A stretch of 64,000 nucleotides of DNA from Nitrosopumilus sp. (GTDB lineage Archaea > Thermoproteota > Nitrososphaeria > Nitrososphaerales > Nitrosopumilaceae): positions 1,312,001 through 1,376,000 of the forward strand of contig OZ242041.1 of NCBI GenBank assembly GCA_965205215.1. The letters are read 5' to 3'. Shown in pieces: positions 47,267 through 57,260 of the stretch. Under the pieces are notes generated by a model. That model was given only the letters and a program-made list of their open reading frames with translations. It was not told the DNA's origin and did no database searches. The position numbers and the translations under genes were made by a program. Position 1 is the stretch's first letter. Each line of letters begins with the position of its first letter.

Positions 47267-49837
47267 TCATCCCCAGAAGAACTGGTCGAGCCCTGACTGT
47301 TTTGGCTTTTTGAGTATGACGTCAAAGTCCATGTCCATCGTGGACGTGACCTGCTCCAGGGTCGACTCGAGAAACTCCGCGTACTTTGTCGTGTCAATCT
47401 CGCCCTTGCGCGCAATCTCAAGCGGCCTCACCCCGGGCTTTCCGATGGTCTTTACAAACGAGATCCTGTCGCCCCTCTTCAGCTCCCTTTTGCCTTCAAG
47501 CTGGCGCGCGGCCCTGATGTGCTGCGGCTGCGTCTTTGTGTACTCTGACGGCGCCTTGCTGAGCATCATGCTAAATGCCATCTCGTCGAGGGGTATCTCC
47601 AGGTTCTCTATCTTCTTGCCGCATTCTTGTATCATCTTCGATATCCCGCCTTTTGCCTGCTCGAACTCCTCGGGGCTCTGCACGCCGGCCAGCACCCCGA
47701 GTATGTCTGCAAACAGCTTCCTGATGAACGGCGGCGTGTGCGACTTTTTGCCGGTCAGCCCCTTTACGTCCACCTGGCCTGACTTTGAGACCCCGAGGTA
47801 GTTCTTCTTTCGGTTGCTCAGGACGCAGTACCTGTACTCTTTGTCGATCTCCAGGTCGACCCCGTGGTCCTTTTTGGCCTCGTCTATCATGTACTGTACC
47901 TGCTCTGTCGTGGGGCTCTTGATGAACAGCGAGTCCGTGTCCCCGTACAGCACGTCGACGCCGGCGTCCTTGCTCTTCTTTATGGTCTCCAGTATGGTGT
48001 GCCTGCCTATGGCCGTGGTGGCCTCGGCGGCGGGCAGAAAGTACAGGGGGAATATGTCCGCCCCCATCACGCCGTAGCTTGCGTTGAGTATCACCTTGAG
48101 CGCCTGGCTTACCGCCGTGTACTGCTGGCGCTGCACCTCCGTGAGCGTCTCCTTTCTTGACAGGCTCTTGTAGTAGTTGACCCTCAGGTCGCGCAGCGAC
48201 CCTATTATCTCCGACGTGATCCCGTTCCTCTTCGAGCACGCCCAGTGCTTTGTCTGGGGTATCGAGTTCTTGCGGCACTCGGGGTGGGGGCACCTGACCG
48301 TCTCGTAGGACAGGTTGCGCACCTTTATGATGCTCGGGTACAGGCTTGCAAAGTCCATTACGACGACGTCAAAGTGGACGCCGCTCTGCGGCTCCACCAC
48401 GAGGCCGCCCCTGTACTTTTTGTCCTTTATGACCGCGTCTGCCGTGACGTCTTCTGTGCGCTTTGCAAGCTCGTCCCTCTTTGGTATGATGCAGTCGCGG
48501 ACGCGATGTTCATAGTACAGCAGGCTGCGGATCCACTGCGAGACCCCGAGCCTTGCGATGTCGTCAATGGGCATCCTCCCGATTCGCGATATGGTCACAA
48601 GCAGGTTCATCAGTATGCCGTCCCCGAAGCTGGTCAGCTCGTACGTGAGCAGCGCGTCGTGGTAGCAGTAGTTGGCAGTCTGGTAGAGTGACATCTCGTC
48701 AAACTTCAGTCCGTAGTCTATCTTCTGCTTGCCGAGCAGCGCCACTGAGACGCTGTTGAGTGAAAAGTCCGTGTATTTCTGGCCGAACGCGTATATCTGG
48801 AACGAGCGGTTGGACATGGTCTTGTACAGGTCTATGTGTACGCCCCGCTTGAGTGTGGCCGAGTCCTTTAGCATGTGCAGCGGGTTGTCCTCGTTTTTTA
48901 TGCCGAGCCTGTCCGCCCTGTTGTACAGGTACGGCAGGTCAAAGTCGTCTCCGTTGTATGTGAGTATGAACGGGTACGACTCCATTATCTCAAACGCGTC
49001 CCGTATCATCTGCGCCTCGCAGTCCGGCTCGTAGAACTCGACCTTGATGTCAGGCCCAAGCTCGTTTGTGCCCTCCGGCGTGCCGGGCGTCTTTAGCACC
49101 AGCACGCGCCCGAACCCGTCCGTGCCGGCAAGGCCTATCGCGGTTACCGTGTTGTCTGCAATCTTGGAGTCCGGCAGCCTGCCCTCGACTGACTCGACCT
49201 CTATGTCCACGCTCAGCCGCTTTATCTCCGGTATGGGCTGGTTGAGCAGGTCGGCCCAGTCCGATATGCACTTGCGAAACTCCGCCTCGTCGACCATGCT
49301 TCCGCTGTCCACCTTGTCCCACAGCAGGCTCTTGAGCGCCAGGCTCACCTCGTCGGATATCTCGATGTCGACGGGCTCGAGCTTGCCTTCCTGCGCCTTG
49401 TAATACCTGCCTACGACAATCCGCCTGTCGTACAGGTACGTCTCGTAGTACTTGATGTCTGACTCCCACGTCTCTATTATGTCGCGTACGCTCCTCTCCA
49501 TATCGCCTCCGTAGGGCTTGCCGCCTATCGCGAGCGGATCGCCCGCGGTTATCTTTGAGACTTCCATCATGCAGTCGTCGGCCAGGCTGTACTTTTTGAC
49601 GCGGCTGATGTCCAGTATGTCGCCCCTTGATTCCAGATGCCCTAGCTCCTCCGGGCTAAGCTTTGAGTAGCAGTATGGCTTGTGCCCCGTCTCATCCCAC
49701 CACAGGTACAGTTCCTTGGACTCTGGATCGTAGAACTTCAGCAGCGCCTTTTTGGAGGCGCCGTCGTACGCGGCGGAGACCAGCATGGAGGGGGGCATCG
49801 ATTTCGGGTTTGAGGATTCGCCGATGTTCACGCGCAT
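47267..49837 (-). CDS. polB: Family B DNA polymerase (PolB1)
   Basis: DIE, YNGDDFD, DFASLYPSII, KVILNASYG, YGDTDS, KKNY; no intein seen. Confidence 0.96.
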   Translation of the reverse strand: MRVNIGESSNPKSMPPSMLVSAAYDGASKKALLKFYDPESKELYLWWDETGHKPYCYSKLSPEELGHLESRGDILDISRVKKYSLADDCMMEVSKITAGDPLAIGGKPYGGDMERSVRDIIETWESDIKYYETYLYDRRIVVGRYYKAQEGKLEPVDIEISDEVSLALKSLLWDKVDSGSMVDEAEFRKCISDWADLLNQPIPEIKRLSVDIEVESVEGRLPDSKIADNTVTAIGLAGTDGFGRVLVLKTPGTPEGTNELGPDIKVEFYEPDCEAQMIRDAFEIMESYPFILTYNGDDFDLPYLYNRADRLGIKNEDNPLHMLKDSATLKRGVHIDLYKTMSNRSFQIYAFGQKYTDFSLNSVSVALLGKQKIDYGLKFDEMSLYQTANYCYHDALLTYELTSFGDGILMNLLVTISRIGRMPIDDIARLGVSQWIRSLLYYEHRVRDCIIPKRDELAKRTEDVTADAVIKDKKYRGGLVVEPQSGVHFDVVVMDFASLYPSIIKVRNLSYETVRCPHPECRKNSIPQTKHWACSKRNGITSEIIGSLRDLRVNYYKSLSRKETLTEVQRQQYTAVSQALKVILNASYGVMGADIFPLYFLPAAEATTAIGRHTILETIKKSKDAGVDVLYGDTDSLFIKSPTTEQVQYMIDEAKKDHGVDLEIDKEYRYCVLSNRKKNYLGVSKSGQVDVKGLTGKKSHTPPFIRKLFADILGVLAGVQSPEEFEQAKGGISKMIQECGKKIENLEIPLDEMAFSMMLSKAPSEYTKTQPQHIRAARQLEGKRELKRGDRISFVKTIGKPGVRPLEIARKGEIDTTKYAEFLESTLEQVTSTMDMDFDVILKKPKQSGLDQFFWG

Positions 49838-50487
49838 TTTGCGGCATCGCCCCCCACCTCTCCTGTTTGCTCTTCTCCCTCTCTCCCTCCTGCACCAGCC
49901 CCGTTTTGCGCGCCTGCCCCCGCGACGTTGGCAGTCCCACCGACTGCCGGGGCCGGCTCCGCGCGTTCGTCTGATATTATCTGCCTTGCCCACCTGTCTA
50001 TCCTGCTGCGGTCTATCTTCTGTATGGTCACCCCGGCCTCGCGCGTCAGCTGGCTTGCGCTCTCCGTGTAGTCCTCCAGGCACACGAACCTCCTGATTCC
50101 TATCGTAATTGCCATCTTCGTGCACTCGAGGCAGGGCACGTACGTGGTGTACAGCGTGGCGCTGCTCGCCGAGGACGCCTCTATGCCCAGTATGGCGCAG
50201 TGCATTATGGCGTTTGCCTCCGCGTGGTTGCACAGGCAGCGTTCCAGATCCTCGCCTGATGCGACGAGTCCCTTCATGCGCTTCTGGCACCTGTCGCAGC
50301 CCCCCTCGTAGCAGTTCCTTATGCCCGGCGGAGTCCCGTTGTACCCCGTTGCGATCTGGCGGCGGTCCCTCACGATCACGGCCCCCACCTTGCGCGCAAT
50401 GCAGTTTGAGCGGAGCTTTGCAAGCTCTGCCTGCAGCATAAAGTATTCGTCCCAGTCGGGCCTGTCAAACCTGTCGCCTTCTTCCAT
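49828..50487 (-). CDS. dCMP deaminase family protein
   Basis: RPDWDEYFM, TGYNGTP, HAEANA, PCLEC. Confidence 0.92.
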   Translation of the reverse strand: MEEGDRFDRPDWDEYFMLQAELAKLRSNCIARKVGAVIVRDRRQIATGYNGTPPGIRNCYEGGCDRCQKRMKGLVASGEDLERCLCNHAEANAIMHCAILGIEASSASSATLYTTYVPCLECTKMAITIGIRRFVCLEDYTESASQLTREAGVTIQKIDRSRIDRWARQIISDERAEPAPAVGGTANVAGAGAQNGAGAGGREGEEQTGEVGGDAAKCA

Positions 50488-50592
50488 CTTGCTTGGTCTC
50501 TGATGCGATTCGGTATTATGTATAGCGATGCGGCGGCCGGCGCGCGCCGCCCAGACCACAAGGATAAAAAAACTCCACGCCGCCTTGCGGGC

Positions 50593-52275
50593 GTGACGCG
50601 ATACGTGGAGATGCGGTATGTGCGAAAAAACACGATCGAGCATCGCGAGTACCAGGTGAACGTGGCGGAGCAGGCATCAAGGGAGAACTGTGTCGTGGTG
50701 CTCCCGACCGGGTTGGGAAAGACCGCCGTCGCCCTCCAGGTCATAGCGTCGCACATGGCGTCCTGCTCTGGTGACGGCCCCGCCGCGGTTCTGTTCCTGG
50801 CCCCGACCCGCGTGCTGGTAAACCAGCACCATGAGTTTTTGCAAAACGCGCTCACCATAGACGACATCTCGATTGTCACGGGCGAGGACGCCGCGGCAAG
50901 GCGCAAGAAGCTGTGGGGCGCCAGCGTCGTGTGCGCCACGCCCGAAATCGCAAGAAATGATCTCAGACGGGGGATGATATCCCCCGACACGTTTGGGCTG
51001 GTGATATTCGACGAGGCCCACCGCACCGTGGGCGACTATGCCTACTCTGCGATCGCCCAGATGCTAGAGCCGGCCGGCCCCCGCATCCTCGGAATGACTG
51101 CCACGCTGCCAAGCGACAAGGACAGGGCGACGGAGATAATGGCCAGGCTGCACATCGCAAGCGTGGCCGAGCGCAACGAGTCGAGCCCCGACGTAAGGCC
51201 GTACGTGCAGAAGACGGAGACCGAGTGGTTTCAAGTAGACCTGACGCCCGAGCTCAGGGAGATGCAGTCCCTCCTGAAGAGGGCGCTAAAGTCCCGGTGC
51301 GAGACTCTCAGGGCCCGCCGCGTCAGCGTGGGCGAGGACCCGTCCCTCTCAAGCCTGCTGCGCCTGCGCGACTATGTCCTGCGGCGCAACCGCGGGGCCG
51401 CCACGCCGCTGTTTGCCGCGATACGCATACACTACGCGCTGAGCATTCTGGAGGCCCACGGCATCACGCCGTTTCTAAAGTTCTGCGAGAGGGCGCGCAA
51501 GAAAAAGGGCTCGGGCGTCAGGGCGCTCTTCGAGGCCGACGCTGACTTTGCGCAGGCGCTCAGACTCGCAGACAGGGCAAAGAGGGGCGGCATCGAGCAC
51601 CCGAAGATTGCAAAGCTGACCGAGCTGGTCGGCGGCATAGACGGCAAGATCCTGATATTCACGAGCTATAGGGACTCTGTAGACATGATATGCGAGGCGC
51701 TTGACGGGATGGGCGTGTCGTCCGGCAAGCTGATAGGAAAGGCGGGGCAGACCGGGCTAAAACAGAAGCAGCAGGTGGAGGCGGTGAGGCGGTTCCGGGA
51801 CGGGGAGTTCCGCATAATGGTGGCCACGCGGGTGGGCGAGGAGGGGCTTGACATCTCCGAGGTAAACCACGTCATCTTTTATGACAACGTGCCAAGCTCG
51901 ATAAGGTACGTGCAGAGGAGGGGCCGGACGGGCCGCCGGACGGTCGGCCGCCTGATCGTCTTGATTGCAAAGGGGACCATAGACGAGACGTACTATTGGA
52001 TAGGCAAGCGCAAGATCAAGATTGCAGAGTCCATGGGGGGCACGATGTCCGGGATGCTTGACCTCAACAGGCAGGGCGGGGGCGATGATGATGGTGGTGA
52101 TGATGATGCTGTTGTTGCCGTTGGCGACGACTATGATGATGATGGTGGTGGTGGTGATGATGATGATGATGATAGTGGCGATAGCGACAACGGCGGCCGG
52201 GGACGCGCCTCCGCCCGCGGCGCCTCGGGCGCAAAGCAGCCCGTTGCCGAGGGGGGGCTTGACGAGTACCTCTAG
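50593..52275 (+). CDS. Hef/FANCM-like DEAH helicase (no nuclease domain)
   Basis: REYQ, LPTGLGKT, FDEAHR, GEEGLD, QRRGRTGR; acidic low-complexity tail. Confidence 0.9.
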   Translation: MTRYVEMRYVRKNTIEHREYQVNVAEQASRENCVVVLPTGLGKTAVALQVIASHMASCSGDGPAAVLFLAPTRVLVNQHHEFLQNALTIDDISIVTGEDAAARRKKLWGASVVCATPEIARNDLRRGMISPDTFGLVIFDEAHRTVGDYAYSAIAQMLEPAGPRILGMTATLPSDKDRATEIMARLHIASVAERNESSPDVRPYVQKTETEWFQVDLTPELREMQSLLKRALKSRCETLRARRVSVGEDPSLSSLLRLRDYVLRRNRGAATPLFAAIRIHYALSILEAHGITPFLKFCERARKKKGSGVRALFEADADFAQALRLADRAKRGGIEHPKIAKLTELVGGIDGKILIFTSYRDSVDMICEALDGMGVSSGKLIGKAGQTGLKQKQQVEAVRRFRDGEFRIMVATRVGEEGLDISEVNHVIFYDNVPSSIRYVQRRGRTGRRTVGRLIVLIAKGTIDETYYWIGKRKIKIAESMGGTMSGMLDLNRQGGGDDDGGDDDAVVAVGDDYDDDGGGGDDDDDDSGDSDNGGRGRASARGASGAKQPVAEGGLDEYL

Positions 52276-52296
52276 CGGTTCCCGGCCGACGTCCCC

Positions 52297-52572
52297 TCAT
52301 GCGGTCCTCTTGATTATGTGGTAGCCGTACTCTGACTTTACGGGTTCTGACACCTGTCCCACCTGGAGCTTAAAGGCGGCCTCCTCAAACGACTTTACCA
52401 TCTTGCCCCTGGCAAAGTATCCCAGGTTTCCATCCCTCTTTGCACTCGGCGCGTCAGCAGACACCTCCTTTGCAAGCTTGCCGAACTTTTCACCGGCTCC
52501 GAGCCTCTCCATTACGGACAGGGCCTCGCTCTGCTTTGCAACCAAAATGTGAGAGCACTTTATCTTTTGCAT
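52297..52572 (-). CDS. Parvulin-type peptidyl-prolyl isomerase
   Basis: CSHILV, G.LGYF.RG.MVK.FEEAAF, YGYHII. Confidence 0.93.
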   Translation of the reverse strand: MQKIKCSHILVAKQSEALSVMERLGAGEKFGKLAKEVSADAPSAKRDGNLGYFARGKMVKSFEEAAFKLQVGQVSEPVKSEYGYHIIKRTA

Positions 52573-52691
52573 GCAGCGTCGACGCGCAATCGGTATATTA
52601 TTTGATCGCACGCGGCCTCAGAAAAGCGCGGCCGGGACAAAGGCCGAAAGATGCTGTTAAGATTTTTAATACCGCGTGCAGGCCTTTTTGC

Positions 52692-53117
52692 ATGTTCAGA
52701 TACTTTACGATATCTGAGGCCAACGAGGCCCTTCCCGACGTCGCGCAAAAGTTCCGCGAGGTTGCTGAGAGAAGGGTTGCCATAAAAGGCATCGAGCGGA
52801 GGCTGCAGGAGACGCTTGCGCCTGGCGGGGGGCAGGATAACCCGGGCGGAGGAAACGTGCAGGCGTACATGGAGATAAAGCAGGAGCTCAACGCGGCCGT
52901 AACGAAACTGTATCGCTCGATCGAGGTGCTCGAGGCGACCGGCGTCTCGCTCAAGGGGATAGACGAGGGGATGGTCGACTTTCCCTCAAAGAGGTTCGAC
53001 GAGGACGTGTGGCTGTGCTGGAAGGCAGGCGAGCCTGAGATAAAGTTCTGGCATGATATGGACTCTGGGTTTATGGGGCGCAAGCCGATCGAGGTAAGCG
53101 ACGAATCTCTGGTCTGA
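52692..53117 (+). CDS. DUF2203 family protein
   Basis: FTISEAN..LP, G.VDFP, LCWK.GE..I.FWH....GF.GR. Confidence 0.88.
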   Translation: MFRYFTISEANEALPDVAQKFREVAERRVAIKGIERRLQETLAPGGGQDNPGGGNVQAYMEIKQELNAAVTKLYRSIEVLEATGVSLKGIDEGMVDFPSKRFDEDVWLCWKAGEPEIKFWHDMDSGFMGRKPIEVSDESLV

Positions 53118-53172
53118 TGTCTGCTTCAGCATACGCCATCTACATTCTTGAGGCGGACCTGGGCGCCGTTTG

Positions 53173-53292
53173 TATGATGCTGACTATGATGATGATGAAG
53201 AAGAAGAAGATGACGATGAAGAAGAAGATGATGATGATAGTGACTGTGATGATGATGCCGATGATAACGACGACGGTAGCAGCAGCAGCAAC
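53173..53292. repeat. Intergenic (GAT/GAA)n low-complexity tract
   Basis: gatgatgatgaagaagaagaagatgacgatgaagaagaagatgatgat... between convergent genes. Confidence 0.85.
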
Positions 53293-53306
53293 GGAGCATA
53301 CGGCAG

Positions 53307-53549
53307 TCACGCGCCGCCCGTTGCCCCATCTACGCCCCCTGTCTTCCTTCTGACCCTTCTGGCATCCCTGCAGATGCCGCAAAGGTACGTACTCTTGAGA
53401 CTCTCAAGCATGCGGCAAAACTCCTCGGTCTTGTCAAACCCCTCTGCGACCACGATGCCGCCGGGCACCCTCTTTGAGCAGGAGGTGCAGCGCATCTCGC
53501 ATTCCAGTCTGGTTCTTCTCTGCCCCTCTTCTATCCTGCCCAGTATCAT
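53307..53549 (-). CDS. Small Zn-binding hypothetical protein
   Basis: CTSC...YLCGICRD. Confidence 0.65.
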   Translation of the reverse strand: MILGRIEEGQRRTRLECEMRCTSCSKRVPGGIVVAEGFDKTEEFCRMLESLKSTYLCGICRDARRVRRKTGGVDGATGGA

Positions 53550-53606
53550 GCCTGCCGCGCCCCGGTCACGTCAGAGCCGTGTTAAATTAATAACAATTGC
53601 AGCTGC

Positions 53607-54533
53607 GTGACCGTAATGGCAACGATGTCCGCGTGGCTGCGCGTCATACGCGTAAGGTTCCTCCTTGCATCGGTCATCTCGGTGTCCGTTGCATTCGCCC
53701 TGTCTGTCCGGCATGACGGAACACTCGACCCGTTTCACGCGGCGCTGACCCTGGGCGGGGTGCTCGCGCTGCATGCCAGCGTCGACCTGCTAAACGACTA
53801 CTGGGACTACAAGAGGGGAATCGACACTGCGGCGGGGCGCACGCGGATCAGTGGCGGGACGGGCGTGCTGCCCGAGGGGCTGTTGAACCCGCAGTCCGTA
53901 TACCGCGCCGGACTCCTCTTTCTGGCCCTCGGCGCCACCGCCGGCGCGTACTTTGTAATCACGCACGGAATCCCAATCGCGCTGATGCTGGGGTTTGCGG
54001 TCGCGGCCATCTACTTTTACTCCACCAAGATAGTGAACGTGGGACTCGGCGAGTTTTTTGTGGCCGTGAAGGGGTGCATGATCGTGCTCGGCTCGTTCTA
54101 CATACAGCACGGCTCACTTGAGCCTGACGCCGTCCTTGCAGGGGTGGCAGTGGGCTCCCTGTCCTCGCTTGTGCTGTTCGTGGCGTCGTTTCCGGACTTT
54201 GAGGCAGACAAGGCCGGGGGGCGCAGGACGCTTGTAATAGCGGCCGGAAAGAGAAGGGCGTCGGTCATTTTCTGGCTCTTTCCCGCCGTGACGTATGGCG
54301 CAATCGTTGCGGGGGCGGGGGCGGGCGTGCTCCCGTACGCGGCGCTGATCACGCTTGCGACTATTCCCGTCGTCGCGTCCGCCGGCATGGGGCTTGCCAA
54401 ACACTGCATGTCTGCAACTGACCAGCTGTTGCCACACCTGTCGCGGGCTCTCGTGTTTGGCCGCATAACGGGGGCCCTGCTTACGGCCGGGATAGCGGTC
54501 TCGTCGTTCTGTCCGGAATGGTGGTGGTGCTAG
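53607..54533 (+). CDS. UbiA/MenA family prenyltransferase
   Basis: NDYWDYKRGID, GLGE, PDFEADK..GRRTL, multiple TM helices. Confidence 0.88.
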   Translation: MTVMATMSAWLRVIRVRFLLASVISVSVAFALSVRHDGTLDPFHAALTLGGVLALHASVDLLNDYWDYKRGIDTAAGRTRISGGTGVLPEGLLNPQSVYRAGLLFLALGATAGAYFVITHGIPIALMLGFAVAAIYFYSTKIVNVGLGEFFVAVKGCMIVLGSFYIQHGSLEPDAVLAGVAVGSLSSLVLFVASFPDFEADKAGGRRTLVIAAGKRRASVIFWLFPAVTYGAIVAGAGAGVLPYAALITLATIPVVASAGMGLAKHCMSATDQLLPHLSRALVFGRITGALLTAGIAVSSFCPEWWWC

Positions 54534-54616
54534 GCCGCGTCGCGCGGCAGGCGCCCCGTCCGCACCGGCGCCCGCCACTGCCATAGCAATAAATTGGCAC
54601 GGCGGGCACGGGCCGC

Positions 54617-55735
54617 ATGATACGGGGATCTGCCACGCCCGAGGGGACCGCCGCGTTTGCCGAAAAATCCGACGCCCATGCCGGCAACTACAGGAAGTTT
54701 GCGGGACTGACGCTCTCAAACGTGGGGGTCGGCACGTATCTGGGGGACGCGGACGGCCGCACAGACGCCCTCGTGTCCGATGCCGTGGTGCGGTCCGTGC
54801 GCGCCGGCATCAACGTGATTGACACGGCGATAAACTACAGGGGGCAAAAGGCCGAGCGCTCCGTGGGCAAGGCGGTCGCGGAGATCATAGACCGGGACAT
54901 TGCGTCCAGGGACCAGCTGTTCATATGCACGAAGGGAGGCTACGTCACGAACGACGCGGACGTGGGGCTCGGGTTCTGGGAGTATGTAAAGCAAGAGTAC
55001 ACGGACGCGGGAGTCGTGAGCGCCGGGGACATAACGCCCTCGTACCACTGCATGACGCCCTCGTACCTGTCCGACCAGATCGACCGCAGCCTGCGCAACA
55101 TGGGGCTGGAGTGCATCGATCTGGTATACCTGCACAATGCGGCCGAGGGACAGATGGGCAACGTCGCCCGGGAGAAGTTCCTCGACTCCATGCGGGACGC
55201 GATGGCAATGTACGAGAAACGGCGTGCAGAGGGCGCGATCAGATACTATGGAATGGCCACGTGGGAGTGCTTTAGGGTTGACGACGAGAGCCCACTGTAT
55301 CTGTCACTTGAGGATATGTGCAGCATGGCCGAGGAGGTCGGTGGGAAGGACCACGGCTTTAGGTTCGTCCAGATGCCGTTCAACCTGTATTATGACCAGG
55401 CGCTGCTAAAAAAGAACCAGGCTGTCGGGGGGGAAGCAGAAGGGGAAAGGCGGCGCCTCTCGGCCCTTGACGCCGCGTCTGAGCTGGGCATAGGCGTGTT
55501 TACCAGCGTGCCGTTCATGCAGGGGCGGCTGCTGCAGCCTGGCACGATGCCTGACTTTCTTGACCTGGACCCCTCCCTGCGCGCCCTGCAGTTCATACGA
55601 TCCGCACCCGGGGTACTGGCCCCCCTGGTGGGGCAAAAGACGCCCGAGCACGTGCAGGACAACACCCGCATCATGAAGATCGAGCCCCTCGCGCAGCAGG
55701 AGTTCTCCAAACTCGTCTCAAATCTCACATCCTAG
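54617..55735 (+). CDS. Aldo/keto reductase
   Basis: G.GTY, IDTAINY, IDLVYLHN, VQMPFN. Confidence 0.9.
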   Translation: MIRGSATPEGTAAFAEKSDAHAGNYRKFAGLTLSNVGVGTYLGDADGRTDALVSDAVVRSVRAGINVIDTAINYRGQKAERSVGKAVAEIIDRDIASRDQLFICTKGGYVTNDADVGLGFWEYVKQEYTDAGVVSAGDITPSYHCMTPSYLSDQIDRSLRNMGLECIDLVYLHNAAEGQMGNVAREKFLDSMRDAMAMYEKRRAEGAIRYYGMATWECFRVDDESPLYLSLEDMCSMAEEVGGKDHGFRFVQMPFNLYYDQALLKKNQAVGGEAEGERRRLSALDAASELGIGVFTSVPFMQGRLLQPGTMPDFLDLDPSLRALQFIRSAPGVLAPLVGQKTPEHVQDNTRIMKIEPLAQQEFSKLVSNLTS

Positions 55736-55809
55736 ACGCAGCCGGCCGTCCTGCAAAACCTGCAGCGTGAATCGCGCAAACCGGCGCGCTCTGCTGTAAA
55801 AAGAGGCTT

Positions 55810-57221
55810 TATTGCTAATTCATGACCTACCATGTAGAGACGCGCACCAGGACCGCGCACCACTCTGGATATATGCTGCCCGTACGTGATATAATCATGC
55901 ATGCATACCGCAAGTACCGCGTCCTCGTCAATCTGACAGCAGACCAGAAGTTAGAGATACGGAGGCTCGGGGACGGCCAGCGCGCCGCATACAACTGGGC
56001 CGTCTCTGAAATCAAAAACGGCTGGGACGCTCGAAATGAGTACGGCCTGTACAACGAACTCACCAAGCAGAGGGCCGGACACGATCACCTGCGCGCAGTA
56101 CCGGTCGCCGTGCAGCGTGCCGGCATTCAGGACGCGTTCAAGGCGGCCAAGCTTTCGGCGCAGTACGGACGCGGCGGCCTGAAATACCGTGCCAGAAAGA
56201 GGTCGCGCAATGGCGCCCTGAAGTGCTCCCTGCCGCCCAAGGTTGTGGATTCCCACCTTTTGAAACTGCCCGTGTTCGGTACGGTCAGGGCCAAGATCCC
56301 CTGCGAGATCCCGGAGCACGAGCCCAAGTCATACGAGTTTGCCATGACTCGAAGCGGACGGTACGTGCTGTACGTATCGTGTTTAGTTACACTGCTGCCG
56401 CCCAAGGGCCCCGGCGTGACCGTCAAGGGTATAGACAGGGGCACCGTGGAACCCACGGTCGCGGTCACGCTATCCCCTGACGGCAGTCGCCCCCTTGCTT
56501 CCGATTCGTATGACACCGCGTCCGCGTTCAGACAAAACCGCCGGTGGAACTCCCAAATGCAGCGCAAGGCGTCCAAAATGAACAAGCGGAGCAACAGGTA
56601 CAAAGAGCATCTCAGGAGAATGAACGCCAGGATGCGCAAGGTGCTTGACAGGAGGACGTATGCAGAATGTATCGCAGCCAAGGAGATCTGCACCACATCC
56701 AGACCGCACACCATTGTCATGGAGAATTTGAAGGTGTCAGGAATGACCCGCCATGGGGGTTCACACAAGAGGGGAATGAACCGCGAGATGCGGTTTGTCA
56801 GGCACCACGCAATCGAGCAGCGCATCAAAAACAGGGCCGAAATCGAAGGCATCCAACTATTGCATGTCAATCCAAGATACACGTCGCAGACGTGCTCCAG
56901 ATGCGGCCACGCAGACAAAGATTCGCGCATTACCAGGGACATGTTCAAGTGTGTCAAGTGCAGTTATACTCAACAGGCGGACGTAAACGCCGCAATCAAC
57001 GTCGGAAGGGGCGGACTGCCCTCATTTGACCATGCGATAGCAGTCCCTCCGGAGGCAGGAACAGCCTTCGTCAGACGCGAACTGGATGCACACTGCGGGA
57101 AATTTTTGCCGCAGGCCCGTATGGGACGCGAGAACCAAGTGTTGGTGCATTCCCTTCCTCCGAGCAGGATGGAGAAACAACGTCAAAAATTGCGTGGCCG
57201 ACAGGTCATAAATTGGCAATA
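55810..57221 (+). mobile_element. Non-autonomous tnpB element bounded by 17-bp imperfect inverted repeats and TA dinucleotides
   Basis: Left TA-TTGCTAATTCATGACCT; right AGGTCATAAATTGGCAA-TA (15/17 match); no transposase inside. Confidence 0.7.
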
Positions 57222-57222
57222 G
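55822..57222 (+). CDS. tnpB: TnpB RNA-guided endonuclease
   Basis: RAAYNWA, RuvC-I GIDRG, RuvC-II IVMENL, YTSQTCSRCG..CVKC zinc finger, RuvC-III ADVNAAIN; real start may be ~55897. Confidence 0.93.
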   Translation: MTYHVETRTRTAHHSGYMLPVRDIIMHAYRKYRVLVNLTADQKLEIRRLGDGQRAAYNWAVSEIKNGWDARNEYGLYNELTKQRAGHDHLRAVPVAVQRAGIQDAFKAAKLSAQYGRGGLKYRARKRSRNGALKCSLPPKVVDSHLLKLPVFGTVRAKIPCEIPEHEPKSYEFAMTRSGRYVLYVSCLVTLLPPKGPGVTVKGIDRGTVEPTVAVTLSPDGSRPLASDSYDTASAFRQNRRWNSQMQRKASKMNKRSNRYKEHLRRMNARMRKVLDRRTYAECIAAKEICTTSRPHTIVMENLKVSGMTRHGGSHKRGMNREMRFVRHHAIEQRIKNRAEIEGIQLLHVNPRYTSQTCSRCGHADKDSRITRDMFKCVKCSYTQQADVNAAINVGRGGLPSFDHAIAVPPEAGTAFVRRELDAHCGKFLPQARMGRENQVLVHSLPPSRMEKQRQKLRGRQVINWQ

Positions 57223-57260
57223 TTCCTAAAAAGATAATAGAGGGAGCTTGGGGTTTCGGC

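Noticed and set aside
47267-50290. 1007-aa PolB with N-terminal extension or intein
   Set aside because: The extension overlaps the dCMP deaminase gene in another frame; the likely start is 49837; no intein motifs
53170-53610. Acidic 146-aa ORF and its antisense poly-Ile/His ORFs
   Set aside because: By-product of a trinucleotide tract; overlaps a better gene on the opposite strand
55822-57222. Cas12f or nuclease-dead TldR
   Set aside because: No adjacent CRISPR array, and all three RuvC acidic residues are present
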